Part shown: positions 25,771 to 33,903 of the stretch, in pieces
Layout of the letters: the number at the start of each line of letters is the position of its first letter
Numbering within the stretch: position 1 is the first letter of the stretch
Source: Chloroflexota bacterium
GTDB taxonomy: Bacteria; Chloroflexota; Anaerolineae; Anaerolineales; UBA11858
Assembly: GCA_011039385.1 (NCBI GenBank)
Contig: DRBO01000022.1
Coordinates: 1 to 47,795, forward strand
Reading direction: 5' to 3'
Length of the DNA: 47,795 bases
Made by a program: the position numbers and the translations under genes
The notes under the pieces: generated by a model
What the model was told of the DNA's origin: nothing
Databases searched by the model: none
The model's input: only the letters and a program-made list of their open reading frames with translations

Positions 25771-26606
25771 TTCCCAGTAAACAACACCATCTCAATGTTT
25801 TTGCGATCACAGACCCGGGCAGCCAGGGACGGATCAACGAGGATTCCTACCAGATCTCATCTTTTACGATCAGCGAGGACGATGATACCCCAGTTCTAGT
25901 TGCTGTTATCGCCGATGGAATAGGGGGGCACAAAGCTGGCGAGATCGCATCAAAAATTGCCGTTGCTACCATCATTTCTGCCATCGCAGAAAGTGATGGT
26001 TCAGATCCCACCTGGATACTAAAAAGCGCGCTGCTTGAGGCCAACCACAGCATCACTGCTGAATCAGCGGAGGATGATTCCCACCGCGGTATGGGATCTA
26101 CTGTGGTCTGTGCGCTGGTCATCGACCAGGCCCTCTATATCGCCACCCTGGGGGATTCGAGAATCTACTTGATCCGTGACCAAATTGTCCAACAGCTGAA
26201 TGTTGACCACACCTGGGTGCAGGAAGCGCTGGATTCAGGTGTAATCAATGAGGAAGAAGCCCGCAATCACCCCCGCCGTCATCTAATCCGAAGTTATCTG
26301 GGCTCTGCTGACCCTATCAAACCTGACTTGCGTCTTTATTTGGACTTTAATGAGAATCAAGAACAAGCCAAAGCCAACCAGGGTTTGCCCCTAATCCCTG
26401 GTGACCAGTTGCTGCTCTGTACAGATGGGCTGACAGATTTGGTTGCAAATGAGGAATTCCTGGAAATCCTGGAAAGCGGTGGCAGTGAGGACGAACGCCT
26501 GGGCAAATTGGTTGACCTGGCAAATCTACGGGGAGGGCATGATAATATCACAATTATCCTGCTCCAGTCTCCCGATACAGAACTCTTTGAAGAAGAGGAA
26601 GATTAG
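25767..26606 (+). CDS. PP2C-family Ser/Thr protein phosphatase (Stp/PstP-like)
   Basis: 279 aa with ADGIGGHKAGEIAS, GDSRIYL, LLLCTDGL and GGHDNITIILL. The TTG start overlaps the FHA gene stop (TTGA) and is preceded by GAGGAG. Confidence 0.9.
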   Translation: MIPSKQHHLNVFAITDPGSQGRINEDSYQISSFTISEDDDTPVLVAVIADGIGGHKAGEIASKIAVATIISAIAESDGSDPTWILKSALLEANHSITAESAEDDSHRGMGSTVVCALVIDQALYIATLGDSRIYLIRDQIVQQLNVDHTWVQEALDSGVINEEEARNHPRRHLIRSYLGSADPIKPDLRLYLDFNENQEQAKANQGLPLIPGDQLLLCTDGLTDLVANEEFLEILESGGSEDERLGKLVDLANLRGGHDNITIILLQSPDTELFEEEED

Positions 26607-26644
26607 ACTCCGATCTCTTTTTATTAAAATAGGAATGATCCCCC

Positions 26645-28966
26645 TCAGGGAAGAAGTTGGGCCGTATAAACTTGGTCATCCACTCCTAAAAATACCCGAT
26701 CGCTCATTGTTACGGTAAACGCAGTGGCAGGTTGATCGATGATACCCTCCACCGGGCGGAATTGTTCCTGCAATTCCAACTGGGTGCTGAACCTGTACAG
26801 AGCCAGGATCTCTGCATCAAGCATGTACAAGGCAATTCCCGGAGAACCTTTGATGGTGAAAGAATCAAAACTCGCTCCGGCGATAAATGGGCCTGGTTCA
26901 CGTCCTGGTCTGGTATCTGAAAAATTGAACGGCGTTGTACAGAGTGGATCAGAATCTGCTCTGTCTGTAACGCATTTTGTGATATAGCCATCCTGATGCA
27001 AGATGAATAGCTCACTGCCGCTGGTTACCAAATCAACCGCGTCAGCCATCTCTGGTGAGTCAATCGCTCCAAAATACTCGGATCCTTCATGGTAATTCTG
27101 ACTCTGGTATTCAATCCAGATAGCCCTCTTTTCGGGATCCAGAATATATAAATTATATGGAGCGCTGCTGGCCATCGTGATGGCCTTGACCGGTCCCCTG
27201 CCCAGCGTGTAAGACGTATCTTCAAAGATCACAGGAGATTCGGAAAGATCTGCATAGCAGAATATCATCGTATGGTTCTCATCGATCCCCAGAATGGTTG
27301 CCTGGTCCTGCTGTGAGGTGGGAAGGGCAGCAATATCCACCAATGGTCCTACCGTCACATGTCCTTCGATGGGCCCACAAGTGAAATCATCAATGATTCG
27401 GTATCCATCTGGATTGGACTGCGCCCAGATGACAGTACCCTTGTCTGCATTCAGCATATAGAGGTCATTCCATGCTGTCACCACGATTTCAGATATGGTC
27501 ACATCAACACCCAGGCCCCGACTGAATAAAGGCTGATATTCCAAGCGTGTGATCCGATCCAGTGTGTCAAGTTCAAGCCGCAAGGAGGAGAATAACTCCT
27601 CAACCTCCTCTGTTTGCTGGTAACTCCTGGCTTCCTGGACTTCTTGCATAGCCTCTGAGATGGTTTGGTAATAATCTGGAGAATCAAGCTGGGTTAGCGC
27701 TAAGGCCATTAATGTCTGAGCCTGCGAGAAATGATCCTCATAGAGATGATTCCGTCCGCGGCGGATGTAAAACACACTCCCAATGATCACCATCAGAAGC
27801 GGAACAAGAATGGCAATCAAGCTTAATGTCCAGGAGGGCAGATCCAGGACTTGATCATCTGGCAGGGTCCTGCTGATCAATCCCAGTAATCCATGCCAGG
27901 CTTTCTTGATCTGATTCCCTGCCTGCCCGCTGATTTCACCGAGCTTTCCCCAGATTTTGGAGGCCTGGATTTCTTCCAGCTTCGGTGCGATCCCAACCGC
28001 GACTTGCGCAGCCAGATCGGGATTCTTTTCTTCCACAGACACCAATTTCTCGTTGTCCAAAGGAGGGGTTGCAATCGCGCCTGCTACCTCAGGGATATCC
28101 AGGGGAGGGAGATCTTTTTCTTCCTTCAACTCGACTGCTGGTTCTTCGATAACTGGCGCTGGGGCCTGTTCGGCTTCAACCACCCTCTCAACTGTTCTTT
28201 CCTGCTGGCGGGTTTCTACCGCAGTGTCTTCCAGATCAGGTAGATTGATAATCCTGCCATCAGCAGCCCAAATTGGCTCAATGACCTTAAGTTGGGATTC
28301 ACCTTCCAATGGGAAGAGCACAACCGCTTCAAGGTTGCCTTCAATTTTATGCAGCAAACGCCTGATCAATGCGCCGAATTTCAACCGCGGCAGGGTCTTG
28401 AAAAGGTTTTCTGTCCAGGTAGGGGGTTTCTCCGCTGCCAGGATCAGGATCTGGTTTTGCTGGAGGTAGATCTGGTGGTAACGGACCTTGAATGATTTCC
28501 CGAGTCCCAGTCCTGCTCCAGAAAGGTCAGGGTCATGCAGATCCACGACTGTCTCAGGTGTGACATGATAAATATAGGTCGGTCCACACTGGGCATATAA
28601 GATCCGGTCTTCCCTGAGGACCACCTGGGTCAAATATCCAACTGCCTTTAATCCCCGGGAAGCAGCCCGGTAGTTTCGGTCCAGAAGATACTTATTGAGA
28701 ACATCTGTAACATTTCTAAGAGCAGAGGTGGTTGAACCTTCAGTCTCGTAGTAGACTTCCGCCAATTTGGTGAGAAGCTGTCCCATTGCCGTGTCAGATA
28801 ACGGCGCATTCCCTTCCAGGCGCAGGTGCAGGAGAAGTTTTTCCTGTGTCCTCCTCCTCGGGGAGCGCCGGGGAGGGCTGGCTGTTAACAATCCGGGCAG
28901 CTTTGAGACAGTTTTTCCCATCTGGTGATTTATGGGCAAAATGTTGAGATCAAAACGGGTAGTCAT
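26645..28966 (-). CDS. hypothetical membrane protein: cytoplasmic N-domain (possibly a degenerate PP2C-like fold), acidic linker, one TM, extracytoplasmic beta-propeller-like domain
   Basis: 773-aa ORF with a TM helix at WTLSLIAILVPLLMVIIGSVFYI. The C-terminal ~330 aa contain repeated hhhLD..G.I strand motifs (LYMLNADKGTVIW, YNLYILDPEKRAIW, SELFILHQDGYI, IALYMLDAEILALY, RVFLGVDDQVY). No clean family motif was recognised. Confidence 0.5.
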   Translation of the reverse strand: MTTRFDLNILPINHQMGKTVSKLPGLLTASPPRRSPRRRTQEKLLLHLRLEGNAPLSDTAMGQLLTKLAEVYYETEGSTTSALRNVTDVLNKYLLDRNYRAASRGLKAVGYLTQVVLREDRILYAQCGPTYIYHVTPETVVDLHDPDLSGAGLGLGKSFKVRYHQIYLQQNQILILAAEKPPTWTENLFKTLPRLKFGALIRRLLHKIEGNLEAVVLFPLEGESQLKVIEPIWAADGRIINLPDLEDTAVETRQQERTVERVVEAEQAPAPVIEEPAVELKEEKDLPPLDIPEVAGAIATPPLDNEKLVSVEEKNPDLAAQVAVGIAPKLEEIQASKIWGKLGEISGQAGNQIKKAWHGLLGLISRTLPDDQVLDLPSWTLSLIAILVPLLMVIIGSVFYIRRGRNHLYEDHFSQAQTLMALALTQLDSPDYYQTISEAMQEVQEARSYQQTEEVEELFSSLRLELDTLDRITRLEYQPLFSRGLGVDVTISEIVVTAWNDLYMLNADKGTVIWAQSNPDGYRIIDDFTCGPIEGHVTVGPLVDIAALPTSQQDQATILGIDENHTMIFCYADLSESPVIFEDTSYTLGRGPVKAITMASSAPYNLYILDPEKRAIWIEYQSQNYHEGSEYFGAIDSPEMADAVDLVTSGSELFILHQDGYITKCVTDRADSDPLCTTPFNFSDTRPGREPGPFIAGASFDSFTIKGSPGIALYMLDAEILALYRFSTQLELQEQFRPVEGIIDQPATAFTVTMSDRVFLGVDDQVYTAQLLP

Positions 28967-29054
28967 ATGGTTTTTTCCAGGTGGAATTGGTTGCTGCTTT
29001 TATTATACTGGTAAAATGAGGGGCGGAGCCACAACCACCTTTTCCGAGGACTGA

Positions 29055-30062
29055 ATGAGCATTGAATTAATCCAATCTGCGCCGGACTTCCTGGCCCTGA
29101 AAGAGGATTGGAACAGACTGCTACTCTCCAGTGCAAGTCGCGTGCCGTTCTTGCGCCACGAATATCTATCCAGCTGGTGGAACACCCTGGGAGGAGGTGA
29201 ATGGAATCAAGGAACCCTGGCTATCCTGGCTGACCGGGATGCGGATGGTTCACTGACTGCCATCGCTCCCCTATTTCTGAATGGGGAGCGGTTAATGTTC
29301 CTGGGAAGTTTTGAAATCTCAGATTATCTTGATTTCATTGCCTCACAGGATAAACTAAACTCATTCATTACAGCTCTCTTCACTTATCTGCAGGATGAGA
29401 AATTCCCAACCTGGAAAGCCTTGGACTTATACAACCTGCGGGAAGATTCTCCCTCCCTGCCATTCCTTGAGGAAAGGGCCTCCCAGGCAGGGTACCAGGT
29501 CAAGCAAGAGGTGATCTCACCTGCGCCTTACCTCCAGCTGCCTGGTAGTTGGGAGGACTATCTTGGCACACTCAAAAACCGCTATCGGCGTGAAATCGAA
29601 AAGAAGATCACCAAAGCCGAAAACTACTTCCTGCCTGTCTCCTGGTACATTGTTAAAGAGGAAGATTCCCTCACTGACGAGCTGGACGCATTTCTGAAGC
29701 TCATGGCCAATCACCCCCAGAAAGAGATCTTCTTGACTGAAAAGATGGTTGAACAAATGAAAATCTCTGCCAGGGAAGCGTTTCGGGAAGGATGGCTGCA
29801 GCTGGCTTTTTTGCTAGTCGGGGATATCAAGGCGGCCGGTTACCTGAATTTTGATTTCAACGATCAAATCTGGGTCTATAATTCTGGCATCGACCCGCTG
29901 TTTGAGAACATTTCCCCCGGTTGGGTCCTGCTGGGCAAGATCATCAATTGGGCAATCGATCATGGGCGAGCAGGTCTGGACTTCATGCGCGGAGACGAGA
30001 GCTATAAATACCAGTTCGGTGGGATTGAGAAGAACATCCTCCGGCTGGAGATCTTAAAATAA
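29055..30062 (+). CDS. GNAT-fold acetyltransferase, CelD/BcsL (BioF2-like) type
   Basis: 335 aa. The C-terminal half (GDIKAAGYLNFDF...VYNSGIDP...SPGWVLLGKIINWAIDHGRAGLDFMRGDESYKYQFG) is typical of this family. Confidence 0.65.
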   Translation: MSIELIQSAPDFLALKEDWNRLLLSSASRVPFLRHEYLSSWWNTLGGGEWNQGTLAILADRDADGSLTAIAPLFLNGERLMFLGSFEISDYLDFIASQDKLNSFITALFTYLQDEKFPTWKALDLYNLREDSPSLPFLEERASQAGYQVKQEVISPAPYLQLPGSWEDYLGTLKNRYRREIEKKITKAENYFLPVSWYIVKEEDSLTDELDAFLKLMANHPQKEIFLTEKMVEQMKISAREAFREGWLQLAFLLVGDIKAAGYLNFDFNDQIWVYNSGIDPLFENISPGWVLLGKIINWAIDHGRAGLDFMRGDESYKYQFGGIEKNILRLEILK

Positions 30063-30108
30063 CCCGCTCAGGAAACATTCTGAATATCTGTCTGCTGGGA
30101 AATCCAAA

Positions 30109-31170
30109 CTAACGCCAATACCCAGGAATCTTCGTTCCGCACTCGGGGCATTTGCCTTCACTTGTAATGCGATACTGCTGGATTGAAAATCCCCAGCGTT
30201 TGATCAGCACAGCCTGGCAGTTGTGGCAGGAGGTATGTTCATATTTACCAAGACTGCCTGGTAGGTTCCCCCCATACACATACTGCAGACCGGTTTGATA
30301 ACCAATTTCAACGGCATCAAGAATTTGCCTGACCGTCGTCCTGGGCTTAGCGCGCATTTTGTACTCGGGCCGAAAAGCGGTTACATGCCAGGGTATTTCC
30401 GGTGAAACAGAGTGAATAAAGCTGGCCAGATCTTTTAGCTCTTCTTCTGAATCATTGAATCCAGGCACAAGGAGAGTCACAATTTCAACCCACATACCCA
30501 GTTCAAATGCATAGGCGATGCTGTCCAGAACAGGCTGCAAACCCCCGCCCAGCTCACGGTAATGTGCCGGCTGCATGGTTTTTAGATCAACCTTAAAGCC
30601 CTGCAAACAGGGCTTAAGGTAGTCCAGCACTTCCCTGGTGGCAAACCCATTGGAAACATAGACGTTTTTCATTCCCACCTTGGTCGACAGGTCAAAAATA
30701 TCTCTGGCCCACTCAGAGGTGATCAGTGGTTCGTTATAAGAAGAAGCCACCACTTCAGCACCCAGCCGCACTCCATGATCCACGACTTCCTCCGGCTGGA
30801 GAACTCGCAAATAATCCGCCAGATGGTCCGTGCCTTCCTCCCTCAAGGCCTGGGACGTTAGCCAATTTTGGCAGTAATCACAGCGAAGATTACATCCCAA
30901 CATGCCGAATGTCAACGCGTCAGCTCCAGCGAGAAAATGGTAGAAGGGTTTTTTTTCGATCGGGTCAACCTGCAGTGAGGAAACGTAGCCCCAGGGAACC
31001 CGGAGCTGGCCATCCTGGTTGTAACGGATCTTGCAGACACCTCGCCCCCCAGGTTTAAGGCGGCAGGAATGGGCGCAGGCCAGGCAGCGCACGACATCGT
31101 TATCAAGTTTTTCAGCCAACCCCCCAATTCTTGTGAATTGATCCAGATAGTCCTGAAGTCTCATAGCCAT
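30109..31170 (-). CDS. AmmeMemoRadiSam-system-type radical SAM enzyme
   Basis: CNLRCDYCQNW (CxxxCxxC) and an N-terminal Cys cluster (CLACAHSCRLKPGGRGVCKIR). The C-terminus has CHNC...CPEC. The start is likely ATG 31170 or, with better SD spacing, ATG 31164 (MRLQDYL), after GGGGGAGGG. Confidence 0.8.
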   Translation of the reverse strand: MAMRLQDYLDQFTRIGGLAEKLDNDVVRCLACAHSCRLKPGGRGVCKIRYNQDGQLRVPWGYVSSLQVDPIEKKPFYHFLAGADALTFGMLGCNLRCDYCQNWLTSQALREEGTDHLADYLRVLQPEEVVDHGVRLGAEVVASSYNEPLITSEWARDIFDLSTKVGMKNVYVSNGFATREVLDYLKPCLQGFKVDLKTMQPAHYRELGGGLQPVLDSIAYAFELGMWVEIVTLLVPGFNDSEEELKDLASFIHSVSPEIPWHVTAFRPEYKMRAKPRTTVRQILDAVEIGYQTGLQYVYGGNLPGSLGKYEHTSCHNCQAVLIKRWGFSIQQYRITSEGKCPECGTKIPGYWR

Positions 31171-31220
31171 CCCTCCCCCTTCTCCAATGATAAAACACAC
31201 CATAACCTTCTGTTTGTCAT

Positions 31221-31226
31221 TATAAT
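31221..31226 (+). promoter_or_regulatory. candidate -10 box (TATAAT) placed 6 nt before the mobA ATG
   Basis: tataat-ctgaat-ATG with no SD. This is the same geometry as at 426-440. Confidence 0.3.
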
Positions 31227-31232
31227 CTGAAT

Positions 31233-31838
31233 ATGCTGACAATCGTACTCCAGGCAGGCGGGAAGTCTACCCGGATGGGCACAGACAAAAGCTTGATGCC
31301 ATTCCTGGGAGTCCCCCTGATAGAACGTTTGCGAGATCGTTTCACAGATCTGGAAAGCGAGATCCGGGTTATCTGTAATGATTGTTCGGGGTATGAATAC
31401 CTGGGACTCCCGCTGCACAGGGATGTCCTTCCCGACAGAGGTGCCCTGGGAGGGCTGCTTACTGCGCTTACAGTTGCCGAGACGCCTTATATGGGGTTGA
31501 TCGCCGCAGATATGCCCTTTGCCAGTCCGCCGCTGATGGTTCACCTTCTGGAACAAATCCGGATCTCGGGCGCAGATGCGGTGCTTCCCAGCACCAGCCA
31601 GGGCATGGAACCACTGCACGGCTTGTACCGGGTCAGCACTTGTTTATCCATTGTTCAGGATGCTGTCGGCAGGGATCTATGGCGGATGAATTCCTGGCAT
31701 GACCAGGCCAGGGTCGAGATTCTGGATCCTCTGGAAACCATCGAAGCCGCCGGCGTAGAACATACTTTTCTCAACCTCAACACAGCGGATGAGTTCTCCG
31801 CTGCCGAGAAGCTAGCCTTAATATTTAATCTGCTCTAG
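31233..31838 (+). CDS. mobA: molybdenum cofactor guanylyltransferase
   Basis: 201 aa. The N-terminus LQAGGKSTRMGTDKSLMPF is the MobA signature. LIAADMPF is also present. Confidence 0.85.
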   Translation: MLTIVLQAGGKSTRMGTDKSLMPFLGVPLIERLRDRFTDLESEIRVICNDCSGYEYLGLPLHRDVLPDRGALGGLLTALTVAETPYMGLIAADMPFASPPLMVHLLEQIRISGADAVLPSTSQGMEPLHGLYRVSTCLSIVQDAVGRDLWRMNSWHDQARVEILDPLETIEAAGVEHTFLNLNTADEFSAAEKLALIFNLL

Positions 31839-31850
31839 GGCAAACCGGTT

Positions 31851-32210
31851 TTACTTGGCGGGCAGTGAGACCAGCGTTTGCCCCAGCCAAACCGCCGCCA
31901 ATCCCAAAACCAGATGCAGACCAATGTTCAGCAAGGAAAGGATGTCTTCCCCCTCCCTGAACAAGCTGACAGTATCATTCCCAAAGGTTGAAAAGGTGGT
32001 AAACGCGCCCAGCAGGCCTATAAAAATAAATGACCTGGCTTCAGCGCTCAGCAAACCGCGCAGCTCAGCCGCGTGAGATAACCCACCAATCAGGAAGCAG
32101 CCCAATAAATTGACTGCCAGGGTGCCGTAGGGAAAATTGACGCTCTTGAACCATTGCTGGATAAACCCGCTCACAGAAAAACGCAGAATAGCCCCCATAA
32201 ATCCACCCAA
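31851..32210 (-). CDS. crcB: fluoride ion channel CrcB; the intact ORF lacks its natural N-terminus
   Basis: Contains GGFMGAILRF, FPYGTLAVNLLGCFLIG and GLLGAFTTFSTF. The track ORF starts at a TTG. The riboswitch-controlled SD instead serves an ATG at 32233 that is 1 nt out of frame. See findings. Confidence 0.85.
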   Translation of the reverse strand: MGGFMGAILRFSVSGFIQQWFKSVNFPYGTLAVNLLGCFLIGGLSHAAELRGLLSAEARSFIFIGLLGAFTTFSTFGNDTVSLFREGEDILSLLNIGLHLVLGLAAVWLGQTLVSLPAK

Positions 32211-32243
32211 ACCGATTAAAAAAGGTTTCGCATATCTCTGATT

Positions 32244-32305
32244 CTCCTAGTGAGAAGATCTAGGAGTCATCAGCAGAATGGCGGTTTTCGGTGGACTCCA
32301 GCACC
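32244..32305 (-). promoter_or_regulatory. fluoride riboswitch (crcB RNA motif) with an SD-sequestering expression platform
   Basis: Minus strand: GGUGCUGGAGUCCACCGAAAACCGCCAUUCUGCUGAUGACUCCUAG. It matches the class by P1 (GGUG/CACC), pseudoknot (GGAGUC/GACUCC), AAAC and GAUGACUCCUA. It lies directly 5' of crcB. P3 looks short. Confidence 0.75.
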
Positions 32306-32468
32306 ATTAAACAGGGGATATTCTATCACAATTACTGGGGAGTGAATCAATCCAGAAGTCAACAATTGGGGGGAGAAAATCCACAGAACTCTTGCTATTT
32401 TCCTTCACCTGTTGTAGATTATACGGAATATGCAATCAGGTCTAATTTCTTGTTTGTAGAAGAGAAAG

Positions 32469-33848
32469 TTGATTATGGGTTATCTAGATATCAGTATCAG
32501 CTATGGATCTCAAAGAATAAATCGATTTTTACCAGACAACAGGGGGATAATCCGGATTATCGATGCGCCTGATACTCAATCCGGAATCAGTGATATACCA
32601 GCCGCGCTCATCAAGGCTCTTGAAAACGCCGTGGATTCCCTTCCTCTGTTCGAGATGGTCAAGCGCAATTATCCCGGATCAGGGAAAAAAGTACTCCTTA
32701 TCGCCGACGATAATACGCGGCCCAATCTCCACACCCGGATACTGTATCCCCATCTTCTAGGTTATTTGATCCACAATTGCGGCGTTAAAAAGGAAGATCT
32801 GGGCATTTTGATAGCCAGCGGGACCCACCGTCCCCCTACAGAACAGGAGATCCGGGACAGTATCCTGGGTGATGAAATCTTCGAGGAATACAGGAACCAG
32901 ATCCTGATCCACAACGATCAGGAAAATCTAGTAGACCTGGGAATTTCAACCAGCAACACACCCATCACCATCAACCAGGATGCATATCATGCCTGCCTCT
33001 TGATCCCCGTTACGGATTCCGAATACCATTATTTTGCCGGTTTGGCAGGGACCGTCAAACAACTCTTCCCCGGTGTAGCGGGCAGGATCACTACCAATAC
33101 CAACCACACGCGCATGTTTGATATCGATCTTGGGTTCAAATCCGTATGCCGTCTGGGGAATACAGCCGGCAACCCGGTGATCGCTGACATGAAAGAGATG
33201 GCTCAGAAGGTACAGGAACACACAGCTGTCTTCTGCATTGACGCCATCATGGATCATGACATAATCACCAGGATCAACGCCGGCAACATCATCTCCCTGC
33301 ACGAATTGGCCGGTAAACAGCTCCAGCAGCGACGCGAGATCCAGGTTGATCGGCCAGCTGATCTGGTGATCATTTCCGCAGGAGAACTCGGCATCAACCT
33401 CTACCAGGCCGGCAAAGCCATTCATGCCGCCTGGAATGCCGCCAGAAAGCCCGGTGGAACGATCTTGTTGCTGGCCCCCTGCCAGGACGGGGTGGGGACT
33501 GAGGGCTATCAAGAAAGCATGCAAGCCGTTCAGGGGATGGATCTGGGCCCAGCCATGGATTGGATCATTAACAATAAATGCGGCCTGGACACTTTTCGAA
33601 TTGGCAATCAAAAACCGGTCGATACCTTGAGAATATTAAAATCTCTGGGGGAAGGCCAGATCAAGATCCTCTCAGAAATGGATCCAGTGGAATTAAAAGA
33701 GGTCTACCGTTTGGACCCCCTGAAGGAAAAAGGATCACCCCAGCAAACCCTGCGGGATTTCCTGGACCAGTTCCTGAAAGTCAACCCAGAGGCCCTGATT
33801 TACGTGCTCCGCGATGCGGGTCTGTATGTTGTTCCCGATCATCAATAA
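32469..33848 (+). CDS. LarA-like (lactate racemase family / DUF2088) protein
   Basis: 459 aa with DDNTRPN, ASGTHRPPT, EYHYFAGLAGTVKQLFPG and NTNHTRMF. These resemble the LarA nickel-pincer cofactor site. The start is TTG 32469 or ATG 32475. Confidence 0.75.
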   Translation: MIMGYLDISISYGSQRINRFLPDNRGIIRIIDAPDTQSGISDIPAALIKALENAVDSLPLFEMVKRNYPGSGKKVLLIADDNTRPNLHTRILYPHLLGYLIHNCGVKKEDLGILIASGTHRPPTEQEIRDSILGDEIFEEYRNQILIHNDQENLVDLGISTSNTPITINQDAYHACLLIPVTDSEYHYFAGLAGTVKQLFPGVAGRITTNTNHTRMFDIDLGFKSVCRLGNTAGNPVIADMKEMAQKVQEHTAVFCIDAIMDHDIITRINAGNIISLHELAGKQLQQRREIQVDRPADLVIISAGELGINLYQAGKAIHAAWNAARKPGGTILLLAPCQDGVGTEGYQESMQAVQGMDLGPAMDWIINNKCGLDTFRIGNQKPVDTLRILKSLGEGQIKILSEMDPVELKEVYRLDPLKEKGSPQQTLRDFLDQFLKVNPEALIYVLRDAGLYVVPDHQ

Positions 33849-33903
33849 GCCAGCAGCTGCTACCCCTTTCAAATCTTTTTTACATATTTGAGAAGGAAAG
33901 GCA

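Noticed and set aside
31161-31619. 152-aa minus-strand ORF overlapping mobA
   Set aside because: It is antisense to a clear MobA reading frame, has low-complexity Arg/Gln-rich content and no motif.
32291-32572. 93-aa plus-strand ORF upstream of the LarA-like gene
   Set aside because: It overlaps the fluoride riboswitch on the opposite strand and has no SD. The region is better explained as crcB leader RNA plus the larA-like upstream region.
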